Of a DNA stretch of 64,000 nt, positions 31,581 to 41,443 are shown piece after piece. The DNA is from an uncultured Pseudomonadota bacterium (GTDB lineage: Bacteria > Oederibacteriota > Muellerivitia > Muellerivitales > Muellerivitaceae), in assembly GCA_963843375.1 (NCBI GenBank), contig CAWJKT010000006.1:160001-224000 (forward strand), in the 5' to 3' direction. The notes under the pieces were generated by a model. That model worked only from the letters and a program-made list of their open reading frames with translations. It ran no database searches and was not told the origin of the DNA. Positions within the stretch are counted from its first letter, which is position 1; each line of letters begins with the position of its first letter. A program made the position numbers and the translations under genes.

Positions 31581-31748
31581 AAATTCTCCTTAGGCGATTT
31601 TCATCGCCTTACCCAAAATGACCTGCAATTACTCAAAACCTTTATCCTTGAGAATTTTCACGGACAGTTTATATTTACCTAGAGAGCTTCTTCTCGTTGG
31701 AATATGCTTAACTTATCAAGGATAACGTTAATTTCAATAAGGAATCGT

Positions 31749-32597
31749 ATGGCGACCGCAAACAGCCAAAAGCTTTTCCCCTATGAACGCTGGAATGCCC
31801 AGTTTCCCGATTTATCCTCCAAATACAAACAGGCGCCGCCCTTTCCCCATATTGTCCTGGATAACTTTTTACGTCCCGAAACCGCCCTGAAGGCCATGCA
31901 GGAGTTCCCGAAAATCCGCGACGCTTCCTGGACCCAATACAAACACTTTAATGAACGAAAAGTCGGGAAATCAAAACGAAGCGAATTTCCGGAGTTTTTA
32001 GGCCAGTTAGTGGATGAGCTGAACTCACCGGAATTTTTAACTTTTTTAAGCAAATTAACGGGGATTCCCGGCCTTTTGGCCGATCCCATGTTGGACGGGG
32101 GAGGAATGCATCAAAGCGCCCGAGGCGGTTTTTTGAATATCCACGCGGACTTTACCCGGCATCATTACTTTCCTTGGCGCCGACGCATCAACATCATACT
32201 TTACTTAAACGAAGGGTGGAAAGAGGAATGGAACGGCTGTTTGGAACTTTGGGATAAGCAAATGAAGAACTGCGTGGAGAAAGTCATTCCACTTTTAAAC
32301 AGGGCCCTCATTTTCAACACGGATGAATATTCCTACCATGGACTACCCGAGAAAATCACCTGCCCGGAAGGCATGACCCGAAAAAGCCTCGCCCTTTACT
32401 ACTACACCGCCCTGGAAAACCTGGATTTTAAAGCCACTTCCACCAACTATAAAGCCCGGCCCGGCGACGGCTGGAAAATCCCTTTCATCTGGCTGGATAA
32501 GAAAATTCTTCATGTTTATTCGGTTTTCAAAGCCAAATTCAAACTTTCAGATGATCTGGCCAGCAAGATCTTGGGAATTTTTGGCGGTCACAAGTAA
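31749..32597 (+). CDS. 2OG-Fe(II) oxygenase
   Basis: PFPHIVLDNFL, GGGMHQ, LNIHADF (HxD), SYHG, RKSLALYYY. Confidence 0.88.
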   Translation: MATANSQKLFPYERWNAQFPDLSSKYKQAPPFPHIVLDNFLRPETALKAMQEFPKIRDASWTQYKHFNERKVGKSKRSEFPEFLGQLVDELNSPEFLTFLSKLTGIPGLLADPMLDGGGMHQSARGGFLNIHADFTRHHYFPWRRRINIILYLNEGWKEEWNGCLELWDKQMKNCVEKVIPLLNRALIFNTDEYSYHGLPEKITCPEGMTRKSLALYYYTALENLDFKATSTNYKARPGDGWKIPFIWLDKKILHVYSVFKAKFKLSDDLASKILGIFGGHK

Positions 32598-32644
32598 TTA
32601 TTCAATAACTTCTTCTATTAACGGGCCATTGCTTCCATTTTCTA

Positions 32645-33427
32645 TTAGTGGACCGCCCTCAAAATCCGGGAATGAACCCTGCCATTGCTCGAAAGAGCGT
32701 TCCCTCCATAAATCGTCTTCTTACCCGAAAGGTCGGTAAACTTGCCGCCAGCCTCTTCCACGCAAATCTTGATGGCGGCGACATCGTAAGGTTTTACCAC
32801 TGGATCCAGCATGGCTTCCGTCATCCCTTGGATGACCAAGGTGTGGCCGAAACAATCACCGAACCCCCGGTCGTCATAACAAAGCGCGATCAAGTCGGAT
32901 AACTTCTTTCGATAGGCTTGGGGAACTAACCTGAGTCCCCCATAGGTTAAGGTTCCGCCTTTCAGGTCAGGTATCTTGGAAACATGGACTCTCTTGCCGT
33001 CAGCATAACAGCCTTGTCCTTTGGCGGCCCAAAGGGTCCTGGGAAATGTGGGAAGATGGATTACGCCCGCCACGACTTCTCCGCGGTATTCAAGAGCGAT
33101 GAGTGTTCCCCAAAAAGGCAAGCCGCGAATAAACTGGCGGGTTCCGTCCACCGGATCGATCCACCAGCGGTAATCGGCGCGAACCTTTTTATCCCACCCG
33201 AATTCCTCCCCGCAAAGCTGATGGCCGGGGAAAGACTTTCCCAGGATTTCCCGGATGACTTGTTCGGCTTCTCGGTCGGCTCGGGTGACCGGCGAGCGGT
33301 CTACTTTCTTGATAACTTGGACATTCTTTTGGAAATACTTGAGCGCCCTTTGTCCGCCTTTTTGGGCGGCAATTTTGCCAACCGCAAGGAAACGCTGCAA
33401 TTGTTCGCGGCTTAGGGAGTTGGACAT
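32645..33427 (-). CDS. Inositol monophosphatase-family histidinol-phosphatase (HisN-like)
   Basis: SPVTRADREAE, GEEFG, WIDPVDGT, YDVAA, EEAGGKFTD. Confidence 0.85.
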   Translation of the reverse strand: MSNSLSREQLQRFLAVGKIAAQKGGQRALKYFQKNVQVIKKVDRSPVTRADREAEQVIREILGKSFPGHQLCGEEFGWDKKVRADYRWWIDPVDGTRQFIRGLPFWGTLIALEYRGEVVAGVIHLPTFPRTLWAAKGQGCYADGKRVHVSKIPDLKGGTLTYGGLRLVPQAYRKKLSDLIALCYDDRGFGDCFGHTLVIQGMTEAMLDPVVKPYDVAAIKICVEEAGGKFTDLSGKKTIYGGNALSSNGRVHSRILRAVH

Positions 33428-33536
33428 GGCGGCATTTTACAGGTGGAGCGGAATGGATTGATTAATTTTTTTCCCCACCCTTCCCAAAATTTCAAAATCT
33501 CGTTCCAAACCTCATCCTTTTAAAGGCTTAAAAGTT

Positions 33537-34013
33537 TCAAGTTAACCGCTCAATTTCCCTTGCTGCCGCGGGAAAAAGCTCTAAAAGCTTCTTCCGGTCA
33601 CCCAAAACAAAGTCTTCGAACTCAAATCCCGGGGCTACAGTGGTTCCCATCAGGGCGAATTGACCACCTTCATTCAAAAAGCCCCCAAACCATGTGCCCG
33701 CCGGAATCACCAATTGTAGTTGCTGATCCTTCTTAAGATCCTGTCCTAGGACAGTTTTTTGGACCTCTCCAGCAGGCCCCAATAGCACCCAAGTCACCGG
33801 ATCTCCCACATAAAAGTGGAATATTTCATCGCAGGCAAGACGGTGCATCTTGGAAACTGAACCTGGAACGAGCAGATAATAAATGGCAGTGGAGAAGACC
33901 CGTTGCGGTTTGAATCCCGGGATGGGTGAGGGTCCCCGGTAGGTTTCCCGATAATAGCCCCCCTCGGGATGTGGCTTCAGGTTTAGAAACTGAATCAATT
34001 GATCCGCGTTCAT
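33537..34013 (-). CDS. Cupin (DUF985 family) protein
   Basis: LKPHPEGGYYRET, STAIYYLL, DEIFHFYVG, VAPGFEFEDF. Confidence 0.9.
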   Translation of the reverse strand: MNADQLIQFLNLKPHPEGGYYRETYRGPSPIPGFKPQRVFSTAIYYLLVPGSVSKMHRLACDEIFHFYVGDPVTWVLLGPAGEVQKTVLGQDLKKDQQLQLVIPAGTWFGGFLNEGGQFALMGTTVAPGFEFEDFVLGDRKKLLELFPAAAREIERLT

Positions 34014-34065
34014 CCGAAAACCTTTTTAAATGTGGCTTTGGGCCTTTGCGTTTTTACAGGAGAAT

Positions 34066-35163
34066 TTAAACACCAAAAGAAACACCAATGTTTCGGGCAG
34101 CCTGGATGAGTTCGTGGTTGGCTGGAACTTTGCGGGTTTTGCCACCCACTTGGGACAAAGGAACAGAATCCAGTTGACCCCTCTTGAGAGCCACCATCCG
34201 CCCAAATTTTCCCTTGAAAACCAGATCCATGGCGCGGACACCAAAAAGGGTGGCCAAATTGCGGTCCAAAGCTGTTGGCGTTCCTCCTCGAACCACGTGG
34301 CCCAGAATGACCGACCGGTTCTCAATGCCGGACTTAGTCTCCAAATGATGGGCTAACTGGCGGCTGATGCCGCCCAGCCTGATCCTTTCGGTGGACATAA
34401 GATTGATACGATCCACCACCATCTTTCCGCCCCTGGGGTGAGCCCCTTCGGCAATGACGATGATACTGCTCTTTTTGCCGCGCCGCCGGCGGCTCCAGAT
34501 GGCTTCCACCACCTTTTCTTCCACGTAAGGGATTTCGGGAATGAGAATGATGTCGCCTCCCCCCGCGATGCCGGAACGAAGCGCCAGCCAGCCCGTGTAG
34601 CGCCCCATGATTTCCACGATGATGACCCGGTGATGGGAATCGGCCACGGTATGCAATCGATCAATGGCCTCGGTGGCGATAGAAACGGCCGTATCATGGC
34701 CAAAAGTCTGTTCCGTCCCCATCAGATCATTGTCAATGGTTTTGGGAACGCCGATGATCCGCACGCCCATTTTGGAAAGCTTGTTGGCGACCGTCATGCT
34801 TCCGTCACCGCCCAGAACAACGAGGGCGTCGATTCCAAGGTTCGCTAGATTTTTCGGGATGTCCTTGCTGCGATCGTGGTAAATGATCTTACCCGACTTG
34901 TCCTTTTCAAAAAGGTGAAAAGGGTTGTCCTTATTGGATGAGCCCAGGATGGTTCCGCCCAGAGTAAGGATATTAGAAACGTCACCCGAGCCCAGTACTT
35001 TCGTGGATTTCTCGACCAGGCCCAGGAATCCATCCAGGATACCGACTACTTCGACGCCCTTTTGAATAGCCGTTTTCACCACCGCGCGGATGACGGCGTT
35101 CAAGCCGGGACAATCGCCTCCAGCGGTAAGAATGCCGATACATTTAACGCGCGGGGAGGACAA
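34066..35163 (-). CDS. pfkA: 6-phosphofructokinase (PfkA family, group III-like)
   Basis: TAGGDCPGLN, GGDGS, PKTIDND, EIMGR, LGHVVRGG. Confidence 0.93.
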   Translation of the reverse strand: MSSPRVKCIGILTAGGDCPGLNAVIRAVVKTAIQKGVEVVGILDGFLGLVEKSTKVLGSGDVSNILTLGGTILGSSNKDNPFHLFEKDKSGKIIYHDRSKDIPKNLANLGIDALVVLGGDGSMTVANKLSKMGVRIIGVPKTIDNDLMGTEQTFGHDTAVSIATEAIDRLHTVADSHHRVIIVEIMGRYTGWLALRSGIAGGGDIILIPEIPYVEEKVVEAIWSRRRRGKKSSIIVIAEGAHPRGGKMVVDRINLMSTERIRLGGISRQLAHHLETKSGIENRSVILGHVVRGGTPTALDRNLATLFGVRAMDLVFKGKFGRMVALKRGQLDSVPLSQVGGKTRKVPANHELIQAARNIGVSFGV

Positions 35164-35169
35164 GGCTTT

Positions 35170-35685
35170 TTATTGAACGCCGAGCAATTCGACATCAAAA
35201 ACCAATGTCGCGTTAGGCGGAATCACGTTTCCCGCTCCCCGCTCGCCATATCCTAGATCAGAGGGAATGGTTAATTTACGCTTCTCGCCCACCCTCATTC
35301 CGGCAACGCCTTCATCCCAGCCCTTGATGACCTGGCCCGCTCCAAGGGTAAATTGGAAAGGTTGACCCCGGTCCACCGAACTGTCGAACTTGGTTCCATC
35401 CGTCAACCAACCGGTATAGTGAACTGTAACCATTTGTCCAGCGATGGCAAAAGCTCCATGACCCACTTTCAACACTTGGTACTGTAGGCCCGAAGGGGTC
35501 GTTATAATTTTATGACCGGCCTTGGAGTGTTTCGCGGCAGGGGTTGGCGTGGCGTCATCGGAAGCCGCCGCAACGGCGGGGGTGGAACTGGAAGACGTGG
35601 CATCCTGTGCCTTCGCGTAATTCGTCACCAATACAACCACTGCGATAATCACGGCCAAGCCAATAAACAGGTAGCGGTAATTCAT
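35170..35685 (-). CDS. Exported FKBP-type peptidyl-prolyl isomerase
   Basis: [34 protein letters not shown]-terminal signal or TM. Confidence 0.95.
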   Translation of the reverse strand: MNYRYLFIGLAVIIAVVVLVTNYAKAQDATSSSSTPAVAAASDDATPTPAAKHSKAGHKIITTPSGLQYQVLKVGHGAFAIAGQMVTVHYTGWLTDGTKFDSSVDRGQPFQFTLGAGQVIKGWDEGVAGMRVGEKRKLTIPSDLGYGERGAGNVIPPNATLVFDVELLGVQ

Positions 35686-35929
35686 GCCGATTCCTCCGTT
35701 TTAGATGTGGATGAAACGGCGAAAGTATACCTTATCGTTGGGCGAGTTTCAGCAGAAGTTGAGGGAGAAACTTAAACTCCTAACAAAAATCGAATGAACC
35801 GCGAAGGCGCTACAGACGGCGGAATTCAAAATAATCGACCTGCCCTAAATTTAAACACAGTTTTTCTCAATGAACCGGCCGCCCTTCGTGTTTCAAATGG
35901 TCAGTCTTTTAGATTTTTATTCAAAACTC

Positions 35930-36172
35930 TTAATCGGCAACCCGTGCAACGCGGATACTATTGACGATGTCATGGACGCCGCCAACACCGTGGACTATTG
36001 AGGAAATGTCCCTTTTGGTCTCAAAGTCATCCACGACCCCTGTAAGCGTCACATGCCCCCCCCGGGCGCTGACATGGATTCCACCTCCAAGGCTTCGAAC
36101 GGCCCGGCTAATGGCCGCTTCCAACTCAACGTCTTTCGGATCGGAAATGTTATTGTTGAATGGATCTGCCAT
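35930..36172 (-). CDS. Single BON-domain protein
   Basis: IHVSARGGHVTLTGVV, GVHDIVNSIRV. ATG 36172 follows AGGGGGA. Confidence 0.85.
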   Translation of the reverse strand: MADPFNNNISDPKDVELEAAISRAVRSLGGGIHVSARGGHVTLTGVVDDFETKRDISSIVHGVGGVHDIVNSIRVARVAD

Positions 36173-36266
36173 AGGTCCCCCTTTTTCAAAATCATTCTCT
36201 GGATTAATGGTACGTCCAATATTTAACACTTTCAACGGATCACGGTTAACCCGTCTTTAGGGGAGC

Positions 36267-36776
36267 CTAAAAATGGTTGAAATTCCTTTTTTCTTCCCAG
36301 GTTTTTAGGTGCAGATGGTTGGTAACCGTTCTCACACCCGCTGTCGCTTCCACAATGAGACCGATTTCCTTTTTATCCTCAAGTTTGTCCACCCAGCCCA
36401 GGAGATTGACGTAACCATTGCGCACCACCACTTGAACACTTTGTTTTTTACCGCTGTCGCGAATTTCCCGGTCAATCGTCTTTTCCAATTCCACATCTTT
36501 AATATTCAGAAACGGGTGAGTTGCCATCTGGACTCCCCCTTCCTGCCAAGGTTTAATATGAACGTGGTTAGTCACTATTTTTACCCCTGGAATCTTCTCC
36601 ACCATCAGACCAATCGCCTTTTTCTCCTCAAAGTCCTCCACCCAGCCAATGAGATTGACATAACCATCCTTTACGACAACTTGAATCTCCCCTCCTGTTC
36701 CACAGACGTGAATTGACCGCACAATCGTTTCTTCCAGTTCAACATCCTTAAGCTTGAGAACGGGTTGGATGACCAT
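36267..36776 (-). CDS. Double BON-domain protein
   Basis: Two repeats of QVVVxxGYVNLxGWV...GVxxVTNH; AGGAGG RBS. Confidence 0.85.
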   Translation of the reverse strand: MVIQPVLKLKDVELEETIVRSIHVCGTGGEIQVVVKDGYVNLIGWVEDFEEKKAIGLMVEKIPGVKIVTNHVHIKPWQEGGVQMATHPFLNIKDVELEKTIDREIRDSGKKQSVQVVVRNGYVNLLGWVDKLEDKKEIGLIVEATAGVRTVTNHLHLKTWEEKRNFNHF

Positions 36777-36968
36777 GTCAAACCTCCTAATTTCAAAAGG
36801 AAATTTTATGAATTATTGTCGTCTTCAAATTCATAATCCCCTTTTTTCGTGAATTCCTGTATGACCTATTTCATATACCTTGCGGATTGTTGGTACGTTG
36901 ACAGGCTCTTTTTCGACCCATAAGATGCTCCCTTTATTAAAGAAAGCCTTTATTCCCACAGGAATTTT

Positions 36969-37985
36969 ATGCAAAAAGCACTTCATGTCGAAAACCTCTC
37001 CAAAAGCTATAAACGCCGCTTGCGTCAACCCGGGCTTTGGGGCGCGATCAAAGGACTCATATCCAGCCAATATGAGGAAGTGGGAGCGGTCAAAAAAATC
37101 TCTTTTTCCATCACCCGGGGGGAAAAGGTAGGTTTGATCGGTGAAAACGGCGCGGGCAAGTCGACCACGCTCAAAATGCTCACCGGTATTATCGCGCCCA
37201 CAAGCGGAAACCTTGAAGTTCTAGGTCAACTACCCTGGAAGGATCGCCGCAAATTGGCGCTCAATATTGGCGTGGTCTTCGGCCAAAGACCCCAATTGCT
37301 TTGGGATATTCCGGTACGGGAAACTTTTCGGCTCCTGAAAACCATGTACCGTATTCCGGATGAGGTTTACAACGTGACTTATAAGGAAGCCGTCCGGCGG
37401 CTGGGTCTGGAACCCTTGTTGGGAACGCCGGTTCGCCAATTATCCCTCGGCCAACGTATGCGCTGTGACCTGGCCGCGGCCCTTTTACACGCCCCGGCTA
37501 TCGCGTTTCTGGATGAACCCACCATCGGCCTGGATCTATCCGTAAAGGAACAGGTGAGGGAATACATCGGTGACATGCAGGAGAAATTCGGCACCACCCT
37601 TTTAATCACCACCCATGACCTGAAGGATATCACCGAAACCTGCGACCGATTGCTGTTATTGGACAAGGGAGCTCTTCTTTTTGACGGTTCCCTGAAAGCG
37701 TTTGAAAAGAAGTTCGCGAACGAATCAAGAATTGTGGCCGAATTGCATCAACCCGTCGCTCCCGCCACCTTGAAAAGATTGGGAGCGGAAATGAAACGCC
37801 ACGGTGGAAAGATCATCCTTTCTGATGGCCATCGGATGATCGTGGAATACCATAAAACCGGGGCCGCCCCGGCCTTAACCCAGATTCTTCTCAAAAGACA
37901 AAAGGTCGTGGACTTAGCCCTGGAAAAAACAGATATCGAAACAATCGTGACCCGGATTTACCGCAAACCTATCGACTCGAAATAG
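36969..37985 (+). CDS. ABC transporter ATP-binding protein
   Basis: GENGAGKST, LSLGQRMR, FLDEPTIGLD, TTHDL. Confidence 0.95.
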   Translation: MQKALHVENLSKSYKRRLRQPGLWGAIKGLISSQYEEVGAVKKISFSITRGEKVGLIGENGAGKSTTLKMLTGIIAPTSGNLEVLGQLPWKDRRKLALNIGVVFGQRPQLLWDIPVRETFRLLKTMYRIPDEVYNVTYKEAVRRLGLEPLLGTPVRQLSLGQRMRCDLAAALLHAPAIAFLDEPTIGLDLSVKEQVREYIGDMQEKFGTTLLITTHDLKDITETCDRLLLLDKGALLFDGSLKAFEKKFANESRIVAELHQPVAPATLKRLGAEMKRHGGKIILSDGHRMIVEYHKTGAAPALTQILLKRQKVVDLALEKTDIETIVTRIYRKPIDSK

Positions 37986-37992
37986 GAGCCCT

Positions 37993-38826
37993 TTGATGCG
38001 ACCCCTTCAACCTGCCCTCACCCCCCTGGAGTTCCTTAAAGGTTATATCTCGCTTTTCGTCCGTTCCCTCAAGGCCAGTTTCGCCTATCGGGCCACCACC
38101 GTCACCTCGCTTCTCACCGCCTCAGTGGCCTACGCCATACCCATGCTGGTCTGGCGCCAGGTTTACGCCCAAAATCCATCGGGACCCTCGATATCCCAGG
38201 CCAAAATGTTTCCCTACCTGCTTCTGGCTTGTTGCGTGAATTATTCACTCGGCATGAGCGTGGAATTCAGGATCAGTCAACGAGTGCGCATGGGCCTCAT
38301 CGCCACCGACCTTTTGAAACCCTTAGATTTCCAAGTGGCTCAGGGCGTCCAATCCATCAGCGACGGTCTATTCAACGGGTTCCTGGGAATGACGGTTTTC
38401 TTTTGTGGTTATCTTTTTCTCGGCCCCGAGGTTTTCCCCGCCGGCTGGGAGGCATTCGGGCTTTTTATCCTTAGCTATCTGCTGGCTTTTATGGTGATGT
38501 ATGGCATTTGCTTTATTTTCGTCCAAGGGGCCTTTTACACCTATAGCGGTTACGGTATCCTCACGGCTCGAATAGCCCTGCAATATACTTTTTCGGGCAT
38601 GTCCGCTCCCCTATCCCTTTATCCGGCTTATCTGGCGACTATCGGACGTTGGCTTCCTTTCCAGCACACCATCTTCACGCCCGTCTCCATCTACATGGGT
38701 TGGGTCCAGGGTGAACAGGCCTGGGGTCTCATTGGGCAGCAAGCTCTTTGGGTTCTTGGCCTCTTTATTGTTGGAAAACTCCTAATGAATCAGGCGTTAA
38801 AACAATTAGAAATCCAGGGAGGCTGA
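37993..38826 (+). CDS. ABC-2 family permease (DUF990-like)
   Basis: Multi-TM; G-I---LLKP, LPFQ, C-terminal IQGG. Confidence 0.88.
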   Translation: MMRPLQPALTPLEFLKGYISLFVRSLKASFAYRATTVTSLLTASVAYAIPMLVWRQVYAQNPSGPSISQAKMFPYLLLACCVNYSLGMSVEFRISQRVRMGLIATDLLKPLDFQVAQGVQSISDGLFNGFLGMTVFFCGYLFLGPEVFPAGWEAFGLFILSYLLAFMVMYGICFIFVQGAFYTYSGYGILTARIALQYTFSGMSAPLSLYPAYLATIGRWLPFQHTIFTPVSIYMGWVQGEQAWGLIGQQALWVLGLFIVGKLLMNQALKQLEIQGG

Positions 38827-38833
38827 TCCTGCC

Positions 38834-39616
38834 ATGGAAACGATAAAATTGTATTGGTTGGCTTTTAACACGGCGCTCCAGGCCAAATTTGAATACCGGG
38901 TGGATTTTGTCCTCGGGGTTTTGACTTCTTGCATGATGCAGATGTCGAACCTCGCCTTTCTATTCGTGATTTTCCACCAGACACCGGGTTTGAATGGCTG
39001 GGGACCGGATGAAGTCATTCTTCTTTTCGGCCTGACCGCGGCGGCTTTGGGAACCTCCGAACTCTTTTTCAATCATATCTGGATGGTCCCTTATTACATT
39101 GTCATGGGTGAATTGGACCGGCTTTTGACCTACCCGGTCAACTCGCTCTATTTTCTCCTGGTTACCCGGCCCGAGCTTCATGCCTTTGGCAACTTGGCCA
39201 CCGGCTTCGCCTTGGCTTCCATCGCGCTCATTCATCTTCACGCGCCTTGGACCGCTTGGTTCCTGCTTCCATTCGCGGCCTTTTTCGGCTGCCTGGTTTA
39301 CACCTCCGCCCTAGTGATCGCGGCGAGCCTTTCCTTTGTCTTTATCAGCGCCACCTCCATGCACCTGATGATTCCCCATACCCTGCTTCAGTCCACCCGC
39401 TGGCCCCTGAACATTTATCCCTACGCCCTGCAATACATTCTTTTATTGCTGATTCCTTACGGCGCCTTCAATTACCTTCCAGCCGGCTTTATCTTTGGAA
39501 AGGGTCTGGCACCTTGGCTTTTGGCGGCAACACCCCTGGCCTGCCTGGCCTTTATGGTCGCCTCGCGCCGGATGTGGCAATGGGGTATTGGCAAATACGA
39601 AAGCACAGGCTCCTGA
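38834..39616 (+). CDS. ABC-2 family permease (DUF990-like)
   Basis: EYRVDF, GELDRLLTYP, C-terminal YESTGS. Confidence 0.88.
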   Translation: METIKLYWLAFNTALQAKFEYRVDFVLGVLTSCMMQMSNLAFLFVIFHQTPGLNGWGPDEVILLFGLTAAALGTSELFFNHIWMVPYYIVMGELDRLLTYPVNSLYFLLVTRPELHAFGNLATGFALASIALIHLHAPWTAWFLLPFAAFFGCLVYTSALVIAASLSFVFISATSMHLMIPHTLLQSTRWPLNIYPYALQYILLLLIPYGAFNYLPAGFIFGKGLAPWLLAATPLACLAFMVASRRMWQWGIGKYESTGS

Positions 39617-39625
39617 TTTTTGACC

Positions 39626-39670
39626 CAAAATAAAAAAGCCCTGCGGCTCTCTTGCCTTGCCACAGGGCTT
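39626..39670 (-). terminator. Intrinsic terminator-like hairpin
   Basis: Minus strand AAGCCCTGTGGC...GCCGCAGGGCTT followed by a T tract. Confidence 0.7.
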
Positions 39671-39859
39671 GCCCAATGTGATACGACAACCAATAAATCT
39701 CGACTTCAAATAAAACTCACTCATACCGTGAAGGAAGGCCTCTCATCCCGATCGGTCCTTAACCCTTCACACTCTCTAGACGGGCATATGGTTTTTTAGT
39801 CCGAATTTTTTTAACTTTTTTCGCGCGCTAAAAGAATAAGTTTTCAAGTTAAACTAAAA

Positions 39860-41170
39860 TCACGGTTGGTATTGTTGGAGCCACTGCTTTAAACGGTCAT
39901 TATCGGGATCCAATTTTAAAACCTTACGGTAAGAATCCAGGGACTTGTCGAAATAAAGCTTTCCCAACCTGCTCCAGGCTTTTTCAAATTGGGGGTCCTT
40001 TTCCACCGCTTTCAGGTAAAGATCCAGAGCCTCCTGTTCAAGCCCCATTCCAAGCTTTTCTTCCGCCTGATCGAACAGTTGTTGTGGGGTCATATCATCC
40101 GGGGATGTAACTTGGAATTTCAATACAACGGGTTTTTTGCCAATGACTGGCGGCGGAAGTGTGGGATTGGAACCAATCTCCGGAAAAACCGGTGGGGTAT
40201 TAACCGCGGCTGGAGTGGTTTTGGCGGGGGGATGGAAAAATATCGAAAGACCGAAGCGCTGGATATTTCCTAAATCCCCCTCAAAAGAAAATGAATAATC
40301 AAATTGAAAATCCCCCACCCTCACACCCGCGCCGAAGTCCAGCCCCTCTATTCCCCCCAATTGGGTATCATTTAAATCGCAGGAATATCCTGCCCTTAAA
40401 AAATAACTTCTTTGAAAGGCATATTCGAACCCTGAATTGAGGTGGCTGTCCCCTTGAAATGCCAAATCCCCTCCCGCGCTAACCAATAGGGAATGTAATT
40501 CCTCTTTACCCAAGCTGAAGCGGTAAGCGGCACCCCATAACAGGTCAGCCGGTAAATTAAATCCGCCCGATTCCACCCCTAAATTTTTCATATTTAAACC
40601 GATTGAAAAACGCTCAAAGGGTTTCGCCAAAAAACCCAGATCCCAAAGCAAACCCGAATGAACCACACCGTCGATTTCCTGGCGTATCCATTGGCTGGAG
40701 AGACCCAGGAAAATGTCTTTGTCGATCGGGAAACCAAAGCCGCCCTGGGCGCCGATATCAAAAGGAGTATAAGTGCCGATTAAATTTCCAAAGTTATCGC
40801 GTTGATCAATGCTTCCATAGTTGAGGTAATTGATTCCAAAAGCAAAGGTTCCCACCGAATCCAGGGGATAAAGGCCATCGACATTTTCATAAAATCCATC
40901 CAATAGGTAGGCGTTATGGGTCAAAACCGCTTCGGGCTGTTGGATTTGGGCCAATCCGGCCGAGTTGTAGTAAAGCGCCGATAGATCATCCGCTACTGCG
41001 GTAAAACTTTCTCCCATCCCCACCGCCCGAGCCCCCATTCCAGAAGTGAGTATGGGAAAAGAGGTGGAGCTATTGGAGGAAAGCGTTTGGGAGAAGAGGT
41101 GGCCTGTGGAAGCGATTGTCCCCAAGCCCAGCAAGACCATGAATAGCCGCTTTTTCACGATAGGCCTCAA
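39860..41170 (-). CDS. PorV/PorQ (FadL-like) outer-membrane beta-barrel with C-terminal TPR
   Basis: Signal peptide, GARAVGMGESFTAVADDLSALYYNSAGLA, amphipathic strands, FLRAGY, FDYSF, then a Pro-rich linker and TPR (YLKAVEKDP, YRKVLKLDPDN). Confidence 0.8.
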   Translation of the reverse strand: MRPIVKKRLFMVLLGLGTIASTGHLFSQTLSSNSSTSFPILTSGMGARAVGMGESFTAVADDLSALYYNSAGLAQIQQPEAVLTHNAYLLDGFYENVDGLYPLDSVGTFAFGINYLNYGSIDQRDNFGNLIGTYTPFDIGAQGGFGFPIDKDIFLGLSSQWIRQEIDGVVHSGLLWDLGFLAKPFERFSIGLNMKNLGVESGGFNLPADLLWGAAYRFSLGKEELHSLLVSAGGDLAFQGDSHLNSGFEYAFQRSYFLRAGYSCDLNDTQLGGIEGLDFGAGVRVGDFQFDYSFSFEGDLGNIQRFGLSIFFHPPAKTTPAAVNTPPVFPEIGSNPTLPPPVIGKKPVVLKFQVTSPDDMTPQQLFDQAEEKLGMGLEQEALDLYLKAVEKDPQFEKAWSRLGKLYFDKSLDSYRKVLKLDPDNDRLKQWLQQYQP

Positions 41171-41443
41171 AATAAATTCAAATAATATACCGGATCAGCT
41201 GACATCCCAATCTAACCCGAAACGGAACCCTCCGCCAAACTCATTTATTATAGTCGGGAATAATGTGAGGTCTTCAGGGGATTAAACCAGAATAAAAAGT
41301 CCCGTTATTCGAAAAATTTCACCAAGGAAATGATAACTTGGATGCCATCAGAATCAGGGAAACCACGGGGGTTGGAGGCGCTTTAAAGGCTGAACCACCC
41401 TTTAATGTGAAAGACGGGCGGAAGTGGGGGGGGGGTAAAAATT

